Below are positions 25,339-25,691 of a DNA stretch of 25,691 nucleotides, piece by piece. The first letter of the stretch is position 1, and every line of letters starts with the position of its first letter. A model generated the notes under the pieces. It saw only the letters and a program-made list of their open reading frames with translations. It was not told the origin of the DNA and ran no database searches. The DNA is from a virus (taxonomy: Duplodnaviria; Caudoviricetes), in IMG/VR virus record IMGVR_UViG_3300025410_000081, positions 1-25,691 of that record, one strand, 5' to 3'. The position numbers were made by a program, and so were the translations under genes.

Positions 25339-25439
25339 GAGTGGCCGTCTTTCCGGCCTGTCAAAGTTTGATAAGGCGTACTTCACGCCGATATTACCGA
25401 TCGGATAGGGTTCGCTTTCGATTCGCAACCGATTCGCTA

Positions 25440-25520
25440 TCAGATGAAGATTAGTATAAACACACAAGTAAGAAAGCACAATGACACTGCAATCTTTTCA
25501 AATAAAGTTTCGTCGTTCAT
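25440..25520 (-). CDS. 26-aa hydrophobic peptide
   Basis: MNDETLFEKIAVSLCFLTCVFILIFI; GAGGTG RBS; ATGA overlap with upstream ORF. Confidence 0.6.
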   Translation of the reverse strand: MNDETLFEKIAVSLCFLTCVFILIFI

Positions 25521-25691
25521 GATTCACCTCTTACTCGTATGTATTCAGCAAGTAATTCGTCTGTCGGCGGAACCATCTTTGCGCGTTCATTTCGCTCATA
25601 CTTTGCTATCAATTCAGCAAACCTGATAACCACTGGATCGTCCCAATTGGTATTGTGATTCGGGTTGCGGTTTGCCATTTCCCAAAAATAC
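25517..25691 (-). CDS. Small phage hypothetical protein, 5' end probably outside the window
   Basis: Hand translation ...YFWEMANRNPNHNTNWDDPVVIRFAELIAKYERNERAKMVPPTDELLAEYIRVRGES*; 'RFAELIA..ER...A..IR.RGE' pattern common in small phage proteins. Confidence 0.55.
   Translation of the reverse strand, partial: YFWEMANRNPNHNTNWDDPVVIRFAELIAKYERNERAKMVPPTDELLAEYIRVRGES

Noticed and set aside
25580-25606. Third degenerate TTCGC 11-bp-phased set
   Set aside because: Only one exact copy and it lies inside a probable CDS; likely chance.
24540-25691. CRISPR or other repeat-spacer array
   Set aside because: Only 11-bp-period short repeats in 2-3 copies; no long repeats with unique spacers.
1-25691. 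Alternative genetic code or intron/intein in terL, portal or capsid
   Set aside because: Genes tile densely and intact under the standard code with expected lengths; no intein or homing-endonuclease motifs seen.

Overview
A segment of a tailed dsDNA phage genome (or prophage) carrying the late morphogenesis region, with all credible genes on the minus strand. Read right to left: two small ORFs, a ~500-nt non-coding stretch rich in RNA-like structure behind a consensus sigma70-type promoter, an XRE HTH gene, a second small structured element, terS, terL, a 930-aa multi-domain protein (two ADP-ribosyltransferase-like domains around an HDxxxH domain), portal, a GroES-like co-chaperonin, scaffold and head proteins, major capsid protein, His/Lys-rich repeat proteins, a head-tail adaptor, a tail-fibre cluster and a truncated 2OG-Fe(II) oxygenase-like gene. 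The layout is podovirus-like, with no tape measure, sheath or tube gene seen, and resembles uncultured aquatic proteobacterial phages (inference). The most notable signal is a recurring [hydrophobic/K/H]-[A/K]-x-G-G motif in three different late proteins, often at apparent module boundaries, which suggests a di-glycine polyprotein-processing or capsid-cargo sorting system. Family assignments are from motif recognition by eye; no searches were run.
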